Shown here in pieces: positions 10,701 through 20,817 of a DNA stretch of 63,771 nucleotides. Below the pieces are notes generated by a model. It saw only the letters and a list, made by a program, of their open reading frames with translations. It was not told the origin of the DNA and made no database searches. The stretch is from a virus (taxonomy: Duplodnaviria > Caudoviricetes), in IMG/VR virus record IMGVR_UViG_3300020471_002176, positions 1 through 63,771 of that record; one strand, 5' to 3'. Both the position numbers and the translations under genes were made by a program. How positions within the stretch are numbered: the first letter of the stretch is position 1; each line of letters opens with the position of its first letter.

Positions 10701-11896
10701 GTGAGGATAACTTTTTAGCAGGAAGCACATCCACGCTTTCAGAAGAGTTCTTGCAGAGGGCAAATTACAAGGAGCGCTTTTTAGAATTAATAAATGACCA
10801 TGACTTGCGATCTATGTTTGTCGACTTGTGGTATACGCGCCCAAATTATGGCTTGTTGAATGAAAAGTTCGAACCAGTTGTATTGTTGGTTGATGACGAT
10901 CGTTCGGCCCTCAAGCCTTTTGGTGGCCCATCAGATAATGTTTTCGCCGCATCCTTTACTGTCAATATGTTTAATAAATTTAGGAGCGAATATTTAGAAA
11001 AAATATCAAATAGCGACCTTCAGGTGCCTAGGTTCCTAAATCCGAACCTCGCAGTACAAACTGGGTATACAGAATTCGACCAAGCGGAAGGCTCACTCAC
11101 CCTTTACAGGGAATATATAATCAACTATTATTTCTTCGCCTTGAAGGACGAGGAATTTTATGACTTTAGAGGATTCTATGAAAGGTATCTCAAACTTGCA
11201 GAAGAAAATTTGCATAAATTTCCAATAACCAGAAGTGGTTTTGCGCTTAGCCAGCACTGCCCGGTGACGGTTTCTGGGATAGTTGTTGAATTGGCAACTT
11301 TGGATTATAGCGAAGATTCGATAAAACAGATGGTTGTCGATAGTGTCGATTTTCACTGCTTCGCAGAGCATTGCAACGGCTACGGTCTTATGATAGATAA
11401 AAACGCGCCTTGGAGACTGTTGGTAGATTTCGATTCAGTCACTTTTGAGGAACAAATGAAGTTGCAACAATCAAACACTGCAGCGACTAACACACTTAAT
11501 CATTGGTACAGAACTAAGACACATTATGATGACATATTTGAAGTAAAAGAACTGCTGTCTGCTGTCTATAACAGAATCGTTGAAGATCAGCCATTCTTCA
11601 ACAATCAGGTGAGACCTTCGGCCCCTGAAACGCTAGAGGATGAAAAATATTGGATAGATGTTCTGTGGAAAACAAGAACACTGGAACTTCAGGTATCGGA
11701 CCAATACGAACAGCACAGAAATGAGATACTTGTTTATCACGACCTCTACAGAAACACTTATGCTTCTAATCCGTTTAAGCCGGTTTCCGGAAAAATTGGG
11801 GAAATATGTGCGAATTTTATTGAAACCAAGCACAAAGTGCACTATAATATAAATACTGAAGAACCACTATATTTGAAAGACTATTATTCTAGATGA
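10697..11896 (+). CDS. Hypothetical protein (possibly structural)
   Basis: 399 aa ORF coupled to both neighbours by ATGA overlaps. Confidence 0.5.
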   Translation: MSEDNFLAGSTSTLSEEFLQRANYKERFLELINDHDLRSMFVDLWYTRPNYGLLNEKFEPVVLLVDDDRSALKPFGGPSDNVFAASFTVNMFNKFRSEYLEKISNSDLQVPRFLNPNLAVQTGYTEFDQAEGSLTLYREYIINYYFFALKDEEFYDFRGFYERYLKLAEENLHKFPITRSGFALSQHCPVTVSGIVVELATLDYSEDSIKQMVVDSVDFHCFAEHCNGYGLMIDKNAPWRLLVDFDSVTFEEQMKLQQSNTAATNTLNHWYRTKTHYDDIFEVKELLSAVYNRIVEDQPFFNNQVRPSAPETLEDEKYWIDVLWKTRTLELQVSDQYEQHRNEILVYHDLYRNTYASNPFKPVSGKIGEICANFIETKHKVHYNINTEEPLYLKDYYSR

Positions 11897-13020
11897 TCGT
11901 ACAAGCCCTTGATATAAAAGACAACTGTAAAGGGGTCTTTTTCGATGGCCATCTAATGACCAACGACTATCAACAAAAGATAAGCGAAGCTAAATACGCA
12001 TGGAAATATTCCGGCATTTTTGAGGGGATGAGCCACGATTTTCTCTATATCCTGACAAGGGGGGCTCCCCTTGAAGAGTTTTCGAAGGAAAAACAACAGT
12101 TTAGAGAAGTTAAGCAAATTTTAGAAGCACATCAGCGGGCCAGTGTCACTGCAAAAGTCGAGATGTCTGAAAACTGCTTTTATGATTTGTTGCCTGCAGG
12201 CTTGCTGAGTAGATATTTCTTATTGAGAGAAAGGGCGATGATCAATCTTTTAGAGAACAGGAATTTTGCAGAAGACAAACAAATTTTACACAAGGCCCAC
12301 ATTTTAACCAGCAGGCTCTCGCGACGACAAATTTTGGTTAATTCCGTCCCTAGGCAGATAAGCTATAATATTTTTGGAACAAAAACTGGCCGGTTTACAA
12401 ATTCCCGAACCAGCGTTCCAATATTGACTATGAAAAGGGATGACAGGGGAGGCTTGTCTCCAAAGAATAGTGTTTTTTTGGAGTTAGATTATAATGCAGC
12501 GGAATTAAGGACGCTTTTGGCCCTGCAGGGCACTGCGCAACCCGAAGAGGACTTGCATTTTTGGAATATGAAAAATATATATTCTAGCAAAATGACTAGA
12601 GACGAAGCCAAAAGGAAAATTTTTGCCTGGCTGTATAACTCCAAACTGCATGACAAACAGATAGAGGGTATCTATAACAGAGAGCATGTGCAGTCACAAT
12701 TTTGGTCTTCTGGATACATAAGCACTCCTTTCGGAAGAAAAATAGAAGTAGAGAGAAAAAATAGTTTAAATTACTTGCTCCAGTCGACAACTAATGATAT
12801 AGTGATAGAAAACGCCTTAAAGATATCGGAAGCACTAAAGGGTAAGAGAAGCTTTGTTTGCTTTACGATGCACGATTCGGTGGTTTTGGATTTTTGTAGA
12901 TCCGAAACGAAATTACTTAAAGATATTAAGGGGCTATTTATGAACAACAGATTAGGTCGCTATCCATGCAATATTGCAATTGGGAAAAACTATGGCGCGA
13001 TGAGGAAAGTGAAAATTTGA
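11893..13020 (+). CDS. Minimal family A DNA polymerase (no 3'-5' exonuclease evident)
   Basis: GTKTGRF, motif A LELDYNAAELR, motif B RDEAKRKIFAWLY, LNYLLQST, motif C MHDSVV. Confidence 0.85.
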   Translation: MIVQALDIKDNCKGVFFDGHLMTNDYQQKISEAKYAWKYSGIFEGMSHDFLYILTRGAPLEEFSKEKQQFREVKQILEAHQRASVTAKVEMSENCFYDLLPAGLLSRYFLLRERAMINLLENRNFAEDKQILHKAHILTSRLSRRQILVNSVPRQISYNIFGTKTGRFTNSRTSVPILTMKRDDRGGLSPKNSVFLELDYNAAELRTLLALQGTAQPEEDLHFWNMKNIYSSKMTRDEAKRKIFAWLYNSKLHDKQIEGIYNREHVQSQFWSSGYISTPFGRKIEVERKNSLNYLLQSTTNDIVIENALKISEALKGKRSFVCFTMHDSVVLDFCRSETKLLKDIKGLFMNNRLGRYPCNIAIGKNYGAMRKVKI

Positions 13021-13865
13021 AAGCAATCTTAGGTATTGGCACCGCGGGATCAAACATTGCGAATAGCTTTAAAAAGTTTAAAGCGTATGATGTCTATACG
13101 GTATCCAATCAAAATCAAAAAAATACAAAATTCAATTTAAAACTACCTACCTTTGATCACCCCGAAGAATATGAGAGTCATGTTGAGCCAAAACTTAAAG
13201 GCTTTATGGCCAAAATCTTTGGCCCGGTGGATGTTTTCCTGTGCGGTGCCAACTGCTCTACCGCAATATCCCTGCGCGCCCTCAAGCACTTACACGACCG
13301 AGGACAGAAAATTAATGTCTTTTATGTCGAGCCAGAGATAGAGGTACTGGGAAAGATTCAAACCCTACAAGAAAGAGCTTCCCGCGGTATTCTGCAACAA
13401 TACGCACGCTCAGGGTTGTTCGAATCAATAACGATATTATCAAATAAGTCTGTGGAGGTCTTTCTTGATTCTGTCACAATAATGAACTATTATAAGAAAC
13501 TAAATGAATGTATATCTTCGACATGCCATATGATTAACACTTTCAAAAAATCAGAATCAGTTGTCAGTACGTTTTCTAAGTTGCCGGAATCCTGCAAGAT
13601 AAAGACAATTGGGGTTTCATCTTGTGACGATCCCCGCGATGAGATGTTTTACCCCTTTGATGAGGAAAAAGAGGTGAGATATTACTTTGGTATAAGTAGG
13701 AGCAAACTAGAACAAGAAGAAGGTCTGCATAGAAAAATAATGGACAAAGTAACCAATAGGATGAAAGAGGGCATCACAGTGTCTTACTCTATTATACCCA
13801 CCGAATACGAAGAGGACTATGTTTACGTCGAATATTACTCTTCAAAAATTCAAGAAAACACTTGA
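13017..13865 (+). CDS. Divergent tubulin/FtsZ-like protein
   Basis: N-terminal ILGIGTAGSNIA and ITILSN match the FtsZ/tubulin GTPase layout; GGGTG signature degenerate (LCGANCSTA); TTG start overlapping the PolA stop inferred. Confidence 0.55.
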   Translation: MKAILGIGTAGSNIANSFKKFKAYDVYTVSNQNQKNTKFNLKLPTFDHPEEYESHVEPKLKGFMAKIFGPVDVFLCGANCSTAISLRALKHLHDRGQKINVFYVEPEIEVLGKIQTLQERASRGILQQYARSGLFESITILSNKSVEVFLDSVTIMNYYKKLNECISSTCHMINTFKKSESVVSTFSKLPESCKIKTIGVSSCDDPRDEMFYPFDEEKEVRYYFGISRSKLEQEEGLHRKIMDKVTNRMKEGITVSYSIIPTEYEEDYVYVEYYSSKIQENT

Positions 13866-13890
13866 ATTTGAAATTAACCAATGTTAATAT
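13862..13890 (+). promoter_or_regulatory. sigma70-type promoter
   Basis: TTGAAT-N17-TAATAT upstream of the SSB gene. Confidence 0.5.
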
Positions 13891-13965
13891 AAGATTTAGT
13901 TGGTCGGGATATTTGCCGACCTGCTTTAGCCTGTAAGAGCAAAAAAACAATAAGGAGGTTTTAAA

Positions 13966-14715
13966 ATGGCTATCAATTTAGACGCAATGCGTGAAAAACT
14001 AAACAAGTTAAACGGAAAAGGAGAAAAGAAGCAGTTCTGGCGCCCGGAAGAGGGCGAAAACAACATCCGAGTAGTCTCAATGCCCGACGGAGATCCTTTC
14101 AAGGAAAGGTATTTTCACTATAATGTTGGGACATCTGGTTTCTTATGTCCAAAAAAGAATTTTGGGGATGACTGCCCAGTTTGTAATTTTGGTAACAAGC
14201 TGTGGAATGAAGGAACGGAAGAGAGCAGAAAACAGGCAAAGGATTTCTTTGCAAAGCAGAGGTTCTTTTCTCCAGTCCTCGTCAGAGGAGAAGAAGACCA
14301 GGGGATTCGAATTTGGGGTTATGGAAAAATGGCCTACGAAAAGTTGCTGACAATCGTTTTGGACCCCGACTATGGTGATATCACAGATCCGGAAACTGGC
14401 AATGATCTGAAGATCATGTACGGAAAATTACCGGGTGCATCGTTCCCCCGGACAGATATTAGACCTAGACCAAGAAAGACTGTGTTGTGCGATGATGCAG
14501 TAGGTGGTGACGACCGCTGCGCAGAACTTTTAGAGTCGGTCCCTGATTTTGAAACTATTTTCGAGAGAAAGACAACTGAAGATGTTTCTTTGATTTTGGA
14601 GCAATTTTTATCTAGTGACAATGGAAGTGACGATGTTGAGAAGTATGGCAACGACAGCGCCACCACCTCGCCCGATGATGTTGAGGCTGCCTTTAATGAT
14701 CTGCTAAATTCTTGA
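13966..14715 (+). CDS. Single-stranded DNA-binding protein (T4 gp32-like)
   Basis: FWRP..GEN.IR, HY...LCPK..GDDCPVC zinc site, DITDPETGND, acidic C-terminal tail; strong SD. Confidence 0.88.
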   Translation: MAINLDAMREKLNKLNGKGEKKQFWRPEEGENNIRVVSMPDGDPFKERYFHYNVGTSGFLCPKKNFGDDCPVCNFGNKLWNEGTEESRKQAKDFFAKQRFFSPVLVRGEEDQGIRIWGYGKMAYEKLLTIVLDPDYGDITDPETGNDLKIMYGKLPGASFPRTDIRPRPRKTVLCDDAVGGDDRCAELLESVPDFETIFERKTTEDVSLILEQFLSSDNGSDDVEKYGNDSATTSPDDVEAAFNDLLNS

Positions 14716-14726
14716 GGTAGATACTT

Positions 14727-15854
14727 ATGTCAAGAAAAAAGAAACTGAAAAAGGGAGCTTTAGACATTGCTGCTGTGCGTGACATCATAAACAAAAAAGT
14801 CGGTCGCGACGTCGCACACTCGCTCCTTCACGATAACCCGACAGAGGTGAAGCAGTGGATTTCCACTGGTTCACGCTGGCTGGACTCAATAATCTGCAAA
14901 GGTAAGAGAGCAGGCATTCCAGTAGGAAAGATTTCAGAAATTGCAGGTCTTGAGGCTACTGGTAAAAGCTTTCTAGCTGCGCAGGTAGCCTCCAACGCCC
15001 AGGATCTGGGAATTGACGTTGTGTACTTTGATTCGGAATCGGCTATAGATCCTGACTTCCTGCAAAGAACAGGTTGTGACCTAGATAGACTGATGTATGT
15101 TCAAGCTGAATCCGTAGAATTTGTCTTAGAAACAATCGAAGAGCTGCTGTCTACGGGTAATAAATGGTTGTTCATTTGGGACTCACTAGCCCTAACGCCA
15201 TCGCTATCGGATGTGTCAGGAGACTATGATCCTCAATCGACAATGGCAATGAAGGCCAGAATTTTATCGAAAGGTATGTCAAAACTTGTCGTCCCAATCG
15301 CCAACGCCGATGCCACTTTGTTAGTGCTGAATCAGTTGAAAACGAATATCACTCGGTCTCCGTCAGAGGCGATGACCACCCCATACATGACTCCCGGCGG
15401 AAAAACGCTACCGTATTCGTATTCTCTGCGGGTGTGGCTAACAGGAAGAAAAGCAAAAGCGTCGTTTATCGTGGACGATAACGGTTACAGGATAGGTTCG
15501 GAAGTTAAAGTTAAATTGGAGAAATCCAGATTTGGCACAGCCGGCCGTACATGTAATTTTAAAATTCTATGGGGTGATGAATCTATCGGGGTCCAAGACG
15601 AGGAAAGTTGGTTTGACGCAATACAAATTTCTGATAGATTGAAGCAATCTGGTGCTTGGTTCACTCTCGTTAAGAACGATGGAACCGAAGAGAAGTTCCA
15701 GAGAAAGCAATGGATCACTAAGTTGAAGTCGGAAAGCTTTAGAGAAAGTGTATTGACAATCATGGATAATGATGTTATTATGAAATTCAAGAATAGAGAA
15801 GGCAAAGCTGACGACTTTTACGATACGGAACACCCACCAGTAGAAGCTGTCTAA
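14727..15854 (+). CDS. recA: RecA/UvsX recombinase
   Basis: ISTGS..LD, Walker A GLEATGKS, FDSESA, WDS, LNQLK, TPGGK. Confidence 0.92.
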   Translation: MSRKKKLKKGALDIAAVRDIINKKVGRDVAHSLLHDNPTEVKQWISTGSRWLDSIICKGKRAGIPVGKISEIAGLEATGKSFLAAQVASNAQDLGIDVVYFDSESAIDPDFLQRTGCDLDRLMYVQAESVEFVLETIEELLSTGNKWLFIWDSLALTPSLSDVSGDYDPQSTMAMKARILSKGMSKLVVPIANADATLLVLNQLKTNITRSPSEAMTTPYMTPGGKTLPYSYSLRVWLTGRKAKASFIVDDNGYRIGSEVKVKLEKSRFGTAGRTCNFKILWGDESIGVQDEESWFDAIQISDRLKQSGAWFTLVKNDGTEEKFQRKQWITKLKSESFRESVLTIMDNDVIMKFKNREGKADDFYDTEHPPVEAV

Positions 15855-15866
15855 AACCATAGCTAC

Positions 15867-15890
15867 AGCCCGGCTCTTGCCGGGCTTTTT
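15867..15890 (+). terminator. Rho-independent terminator
   Basis: AGCCCGGC-TCTT-GCCGGGCT followed by TTTT. Confidence 0.75.
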
Positions 15891-15904
15891 AATAGGAGAA
15901 TAGT

Positions 15905-16900
15905 GTGACTAAGAGAATAATGATTGTTGACGCATACAACCAGTTTGTTCGTGGCTATATTGTTGACCCGAGCAAGAACACCAATGGCCAGCCCATCGGA
16001 GGTATTCGCACGTTTATTAATATACTCAACAAAATCTCTAGAGAAGTCAGCCCTGATATGATTGTGGTAGTTTGGGATGGTCAGGGCGGATCCCAAACTA
16101 GAAGAAAAATCAATAAAAATTACAAAGAGGGTAGAAAACCACTAAGAGTGAATTGGTCAACAGAGGAGATGACGCCCCAGGACACAGACAACAATAGGCT
16201 GTGGCAACAATTGAGATTGGTAGAATATCTGAATCAGACTCCCGTTATCCAATTCATGGAGCCATCTGTTGAAGCCGATGATGTCATCTCTTATATCAAA
16301 TCTTCATCAATGTTTGAGGATTGGCAAAAAGTGATAGTATCGGCAGATAAGGATTTCATCCAGCTGCTAGACGACAAGACTTTATTGTATAGGCCCGTTC
16401 AAAAGGAGATCCTCAATAAAAACATGGTTGTAGAGAAGTTTGGTATTCATCCAAGAAACTTCGCCCTCGCCCGGGCAATTGCCGGAGACCCTAGTGACAA
16501 CTTACCAGGGGTACCTAGAGTTGGCTTGGGGACGGTGGCAAAAAGATTTTCGTTCTTGAAGAACGAAAAAGATTATTTTATCGAAGATTTGCTGGAAAAG
16601 TGTGACTCCAAGGAGAATAAAAAATTAAAAATTTATAAAAATATTTTAGAATCACAATCACTGATTAGGGAAAATTATGCAATAATGCAACTTTCTTCCC
16701 CTTCTTTGTCTATACAGGCTAAGAACAGGATAGACTCAGTGTTTGAGAATTACACACCCCAATATAATCAAACTGAAATTAGAAAAAGGATGCTAAAAGA
16801 CGGCGTTCTGACCGTCAATATGGTATCTTTGGAGCAAGGATTTAATAACGCGATCAACTTTCACTCTTCAGAAAACAACAAAAACCAAAAGCAAAAGTAA
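15905..16900 (+). CDS. 5'-3' exonuclease / flap endonuclease (T4 RNase H-like)
   Basis: IVDAYN, VVWDG, YKEGR, EADDVI, SADKDFIQL, GDPSDNLPGV. Confidence 0.92.
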   Translation: MTKRIMIVDAYNQFVRGYIVDPSKNTNGQPIGGIRTFINILNKISREVSPDMIVVVWDGQGGSQTRRKINKNYKEGRKPLRVNWSTEEMTPQDTDNNRLWQQLRLVEYLNQTPVIQFMEPSVEADDVISYIKSSSMFEDWQKVIVSADKDFIQLLDDKTLLYRPVQKEILNKNMVVEKFGIHPRNFALARAIAGDPSDNLPGVPRVGLGTVAKRFSFLKNEKDYFIEDLLEKCDSKENKKLKIYKNILESQSLIRENYAIMQLSSPSLSIQAKNRIDSVFENYTPQYNQTEIRKRMLKDGVLTVNMVSLEQGFNNAINFHSSENNKNQKQK

Positions 16901-16905
16901 GTAGA

Positions 16906-18288
16906 ATGCAGCAAACTGTAGATTTCTCTAAATTTGGAAAAACCTTTCAGGAGGACTTGTGCCATCTAATCCTAAATGATCGCTCCTTTGCGGATCAAAT
17001 GTTTGAAGTCCTAGACTTAGGCTTTTTGGAATTAAAGCACTTGAGAGTTTTCGTGGAGAAGATCTTGGACTATCGATTGAAATATGGGGTGCACCCAACT
17101 TCAAAGATTATGAGATCGATCATAAGGACAGACCTCGAAGATCAACTAGAGTCTGTAAAAATAAGAATAAGGGAATACTACGCACGAGTCCTTTCTGCTG
17201 GCAACGAACCCTCATCTTCAGAGTATATAAAAGATACCGCCCTAGATTTTTGCAAAAAACAAAAGTTGAAAGGTGCACTAATACAGTCTGTAGATTTAAT
17301 AAAGTCTTCTTCGTTCGATGAGGTTTCGAAAGTTATAAATGATGCATTGAAGCTTGGGTCAGATAACTCTCTGGGTTATGACTATATGGCTGATTTCGAA
17401 ACAAGATTCGAAATTAGAAGCAGGAACCCAGTGACATCAGGGTGGAAGCAAATTGATGACATAACGAAAGGTGGCCTAGGCCGCGGCGAGCTGGGCGTTG
17501 TTGTTGCGCCGACAGGTGCAGGTAAGTCAATGGTGCTGGTGCACCTAGGCGCCCGGGCTTTGAAGTCCGGAAAAAATGTTTTACATTACACTTTGGAATT
17601 GTCGGATACGGTGGTTGCCGGTCGCTATGATTCTTCCATCACTGGCGTGGAACTCAAGAACCTATCTGTCTTTAAGGAAAAGATATACGAGGAAATTAGA
17701 GAGATTGAAGGTAGGCTCATTATAAAAGAATATCCGACTCGATCTGCATCAATACAGACCATCAAAAATCATGTGGAAAAACTAAAGGTGCGTGGTTTCG
17801 AGCCGGATCTAATCATTGTTGACTATGGGGACCTAATAAAGCCTGAGTTTTCTAAAAAAGACGAAAAAAGGCACCAACTGGAGACTATTTACGAAGAACT
17901 CAGGGGTTTGGCACAGATCTGCGATTGTCCACTGTGGACTGCCTCGCAAACGAACAGGTCAGGCTTGAACGCTGAGGTTATCACCATGGAGTCTATCTCG
18001 GAGGCCTTTAATAAGTGTTTTGTAGCGGATTTTATCTTTTCGGTCTCAAGAACAATAGAGGACAAAAATACAAATACGGGTAGGGTCTTTGTGGCGAAGA
18101 ATCGCAACGGCCCAGATGGCTTAGTGTACCCTATCTTTATGGACACTAGCAATGTGAAGATAAAGGTTTTAGATCGAACCGATGAGACGGTCGGTGAGAT
18201 TATGGAAAAATCAGCGAAAGAGAGATTAGAAAATTTAAAGCAGAAATACGCGAATTACAAAAAACAAAAAAAGGAAGGAGAAAATTAA
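16906..18288 (+). CDS. dnaB: DnaB-like replicative helicase
   Basis: Walker A APTGAGKS, IIVDYGD, TASQTNR, KNRNG. Confidence 0.92.
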   Translation: MQQTVDFSKFGKTFQEDLCHLILNDRSFADQMFEVLDLGFLELKHLRVFVEKILDYRLKYGVHPTSKIMRSIIRTDLEDQLESVKIRIREYYARVLSAGNEPSSSEYIKDTALDFCKKQKLKGALIQSVDLIKSSSFDEVSKVINDALKLGSDNSLGYDYMADFETRFEIRSRNPVTSGWKQIDDITKGGLGRGELGVVVAPTGAGKSMVLVHLGARALKSGKNVLHYTLELSDTVVAGRYDSSITGVELKNLSVFKEKIYEEIREIEGRLIIKEYPTRSASIQTIKNHVEKLKVRGFEPDLIIVDYGDLIKPEFSKKDEKRHQLETIYEELRGLAQICDCPLWTASQTNRSGLNAEVITMESISEAFNKCFVADFIFSVSRTIEDKNTNTGRVFVAKNRNGPDGLVYPIFMDTSNVKIKVLDRTDETVGEIMEKSAKERLENLKQKYANYKKQKKEGEN

Positions 18289-18291
18289 AAT

Positions 18292-20154
18292 ATGGAATTG
18301 TCAAGCAAGATATTATCGGACATAACTGTGCACATGAAATATGCAAGGTACCTAGATTCAGAAAACCGCCGCGAAACGTGGGATGAATTAGTAACCAGGA
18401 ATATGAATATGCATCTAAAGAAGTTCCCTGAGATGGAACTTCAGATCAGGAAAGCCTACAAGATGGTATACAACAAAAAGGTTCTCCCTTCTATGAGATC
18501 CATGCAGTTTGGCGGGAAGCCAATTGAGGTGGCGCCAAATAGGATCTTTAATTGCGCTTTCATGCCGATTGACGATTGGCGCGCCTTCGGAGAAACAATG
18601 TTTCTTCTATTGGGGGGCACAGGGGTAGGCTACAGCGTTCAAAACCACCATGTTGAAAAATTGCCTGAAATCACTAAGCCGAATAGTAAGAGAACAAGAA
18701 GATTTCTAGTAAATGATTCCATTGAGGGCTGGGCAGATTCGGTCAAGGCGTTGTTTCGTAGTTATTTTTACGGAGGCAGCAAGTTGAGATTCGACTATTC
18801 AGATATTCGCCCGAAGGGATCACTGCTCATCACCTCGGGCGGAAAAGCTCCAGGCCCCCAGCCCTTGCGAGAGTGCCTCGTAAAACTAGAAGGTATGCTT
18901 TCCCTCAAGGAAAATGGAGATAAATTAACCTCGATAGAGGTCCACGACATGGTTTGCCATATCGCTGATGCTGTGCTTGCCGGAGGTATCCGCCGAGCAG
19001 CTTTGATTTCTTTGTTTTCTGCGGATGACCAGGAGATGCTGTCAGCAAAGACGGGAAATTGGTGGGAGAGAAACCCTCAACGTGGCCGCGCAAACAATTC
19101 AGTTGTTTTGCTGAGGCACAAGATTAACAAAGAATATTTTATGAATCTCTGGGATCGAGTGAAGGCATCAAACGCCGGCGAACCCGGCTTTTATTTTTCC
19201 AACGACAAAGATTGGGGTACGAATCCGTGCTGTGAGATCGGACTTAGACCCTTTCAGTTCTGCAATCTGACAGAAGTCAACGTATCGGACCTTGAGGATC
19301 AATCAGATTTCAATGAGAGAGTTCGAGCAGGGGCATTTATTGGCACATTGCAGGCTAGCTATACGGATTTTCACTATTTACGAGATATTTGGCGCCGCAC
19401 TACCGAGAGGGACTCGCTGATTGGTGTGTCTATGACTGGAATAGCCTCGGGCGCAGTCCTGACCTTAGATATGTCAGAGGCCGCCAATATCGTTAAAGAG
19501 GAAAACGACAGAGTATCTAAACTAATAGGGGTTAAACCAGCGGCTCGCACGACCTGTGTTAAGCCCGCCGGCACAACCAGCTTGACCTTGGGCACTAGCT
19601 CTGGAATACACCCTTGGCATGGTGAGTTCTACATAAGGCGCCTCCGCGTTGGAAAAAATGAACCAATTTACAGGTACCTGAAAACAAACCACCCTGATCT
19701 AGTGGAAGACGAGTATTTTAGCCCACATACTACTGCAGTAATCTCCGTCCCTCAACGCGCTCCAGAGGGGGCCATCACGAGAAACGAGTCAGCCCTGCAG
19801 CTGCTCAAGAGAGTCAAGAGGGTTACGGACGAATGGGTCCGCCCTGGATTTCGTAAGGGTCAGAATACTCACAATATATCCGCGACAGTATCCATCAAGG
19901 ATGCCGAGTGGGTTGACGTTGGAGAGTGGATGTGGGATAATAGAAACAGCTATAACGGACTATCGGTTTTACCTTATGACGGTGGCACCTATACCCAAGC
20001 ACCATTTGAAGATTGCTCAAAAGAAACATATGAAGTGATGATGAAGAGCCTTCAGACCATTGACCTCACAAAGGTGGAAGAGCAAGAAGACAACACCGAT
20101 CTCAAAGGTGAAGCTGCCTGCGCCGGCGGCGCTTGTGAAATTAATTTTATTTAA
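18292..20154 (+). CDS. nrdJ: Class II (adenosylcobalamin-dependent, monomeric RTPR-type) ribonucleotide reductase
   Basis: FNCAF, TNPCCEI, FCNLTE, VKPAGT, C-terminal ACAGGAC; no adjacent beta-subunit gene. Confidence 0.9.
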   Translation: MELSSKILSDITVHMKYARYLDSENRRETWDELVTRNMNMHLKKFPEMELQIRKAYKMVYNKKVLPSMRSMQFGGKPIEVAPNRIFNCAFMPIDDWRAFGETMFLLLGGTGVGYSVQNHHVEKLPEITKPNSKRTRRFLVNDSIEGWADSVKALFRSYFYGGSKLRFDYSDIRPKGSLLITSGGKAPGPQPLRECLVKLEGMLSLKENGDKLTSIEVHDMVCHIADAVLAGGIRRAALISLFSADDQEMLSAKTGNWWERNPQRGRANNSVVLLRHKINKEYFMNLWDRVKASNAGEPGFYFSNDKDWGTNPCCEIGLRPFQFCNLTEVNVSDLEDQSDFNERVRAGAFIGTLQASYTDFHYLRDIWRRTTERDSLIGVSMTGIASGAVLTLDMSEAANIVKEENDRVSKLIGVKPAARTTCVKPAGTTSLTLGTSSGIHPWHGEFYIRRLRVGKNEPIYRYLKTNHPDLVEDEYFSPHTTAVISVPQRAPEGAITRNESALQLLKRVKRVTDEWVRPGFRKGQNTHNISATVSIKDAEWVDVGEWMWDNRNSYNGLSVLPYDGGTYTQAPFEDCSKETYEVMMKSLQTIDLTKVEEQEDNTDLKGEAACAGGACEINFI

Positions 20155-20157
20155 AAC

Positions 20158-20186
20158 TTGACACATCAAGCTGTATACTATACAAT
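20158..20186 (+). promoter_or_regulatory. sigma70-type promoter
   Basis: TTGACA-N17-TACAAT. Confidence 0.7.
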
Positions 20187-20227
20187 ATATAATATACTCT
20201 AATAGAAAACCAATAAAAGGAGAAATC

Positions 20228-20488
20228 TTGAATACTACAAATGATCAAAAAGAAAAAGAACAGCATATGTCTGACTACATTAAACAGTTAGCTGCAATTG
20301 AAAATGCTATTGAACCCTTCAAGGAACAGAAGAAGGATTTGAGGGAATCGTTTCACGAGAACGGCTGGTTAACGAAGGAGGAAATGAGACTAGCAGTGAA
20401 AGCCTATAGGCTTGTCAAGTCGGACACTGATATGGATGAGCTGGTAGATTGCTTTCAGAGATTGAAGAAAGCTAGGGTGACGATTTGA
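20228..20488 (+). CDS. Small DNA-binding protein, GapR/DUF2312- or T4 DsbA-like
   Basis: YIKQLAAIE...KEQKKDLRESFHENG helical pattern. Confidence 0.45.
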   Translation: MNTTNDQKEKEQHMSDYIKQLAAIENAIEPFKEQKKDLRESFHENGWLTKEEMRLAVKAYRLVKSDTDMDELVDCFQRLKKARVTI

Positions 20489-20805
20489 AGATCACGAAAT
20501 TCAAACCAGTAAATAGACACATACACATTGTACCCCACACCGAAGAACCAAAGCAAGAATCAGGAGTACTCCTGCCAGAAAACTATAACCCTGAGCAAAC
20601 AAAATATGTGACAGCTAATGTTATTGCCGTCGCCGCGGACTGTAATAGCCAAATACAGAAAAGCTTCCGAGCCGGCCTAGGGTCCCTTAAGATTATTGTT
20701 GATAGATCAATGATAGAATTAGTGGAAACTAAAAATAAAAAACTTCATGTGATCCTGGAAAACTATGTTGTGGGCTTGTTAGACACACCAGATATTTTAG
20801 ACTAA
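20485..20805 (+). CDS. groES: GroES-like co-chaperonin
   Basis: FKPVNRHIHI..ESGVLLP..VIAV..VILENYVVG layout. Confidence 0.75.
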   Translation: MKITKFKPVNRHIHIVPHTEEPKQESGVLLPENYNPEQTKYVTANVIAVAADCNSQIQKSFRAGLGSLKIIVDRSMIELVETKNKKLHVILENYVVGLLDTPDILD

Positions 20806-20817
20806 TAAGGATTTTCA

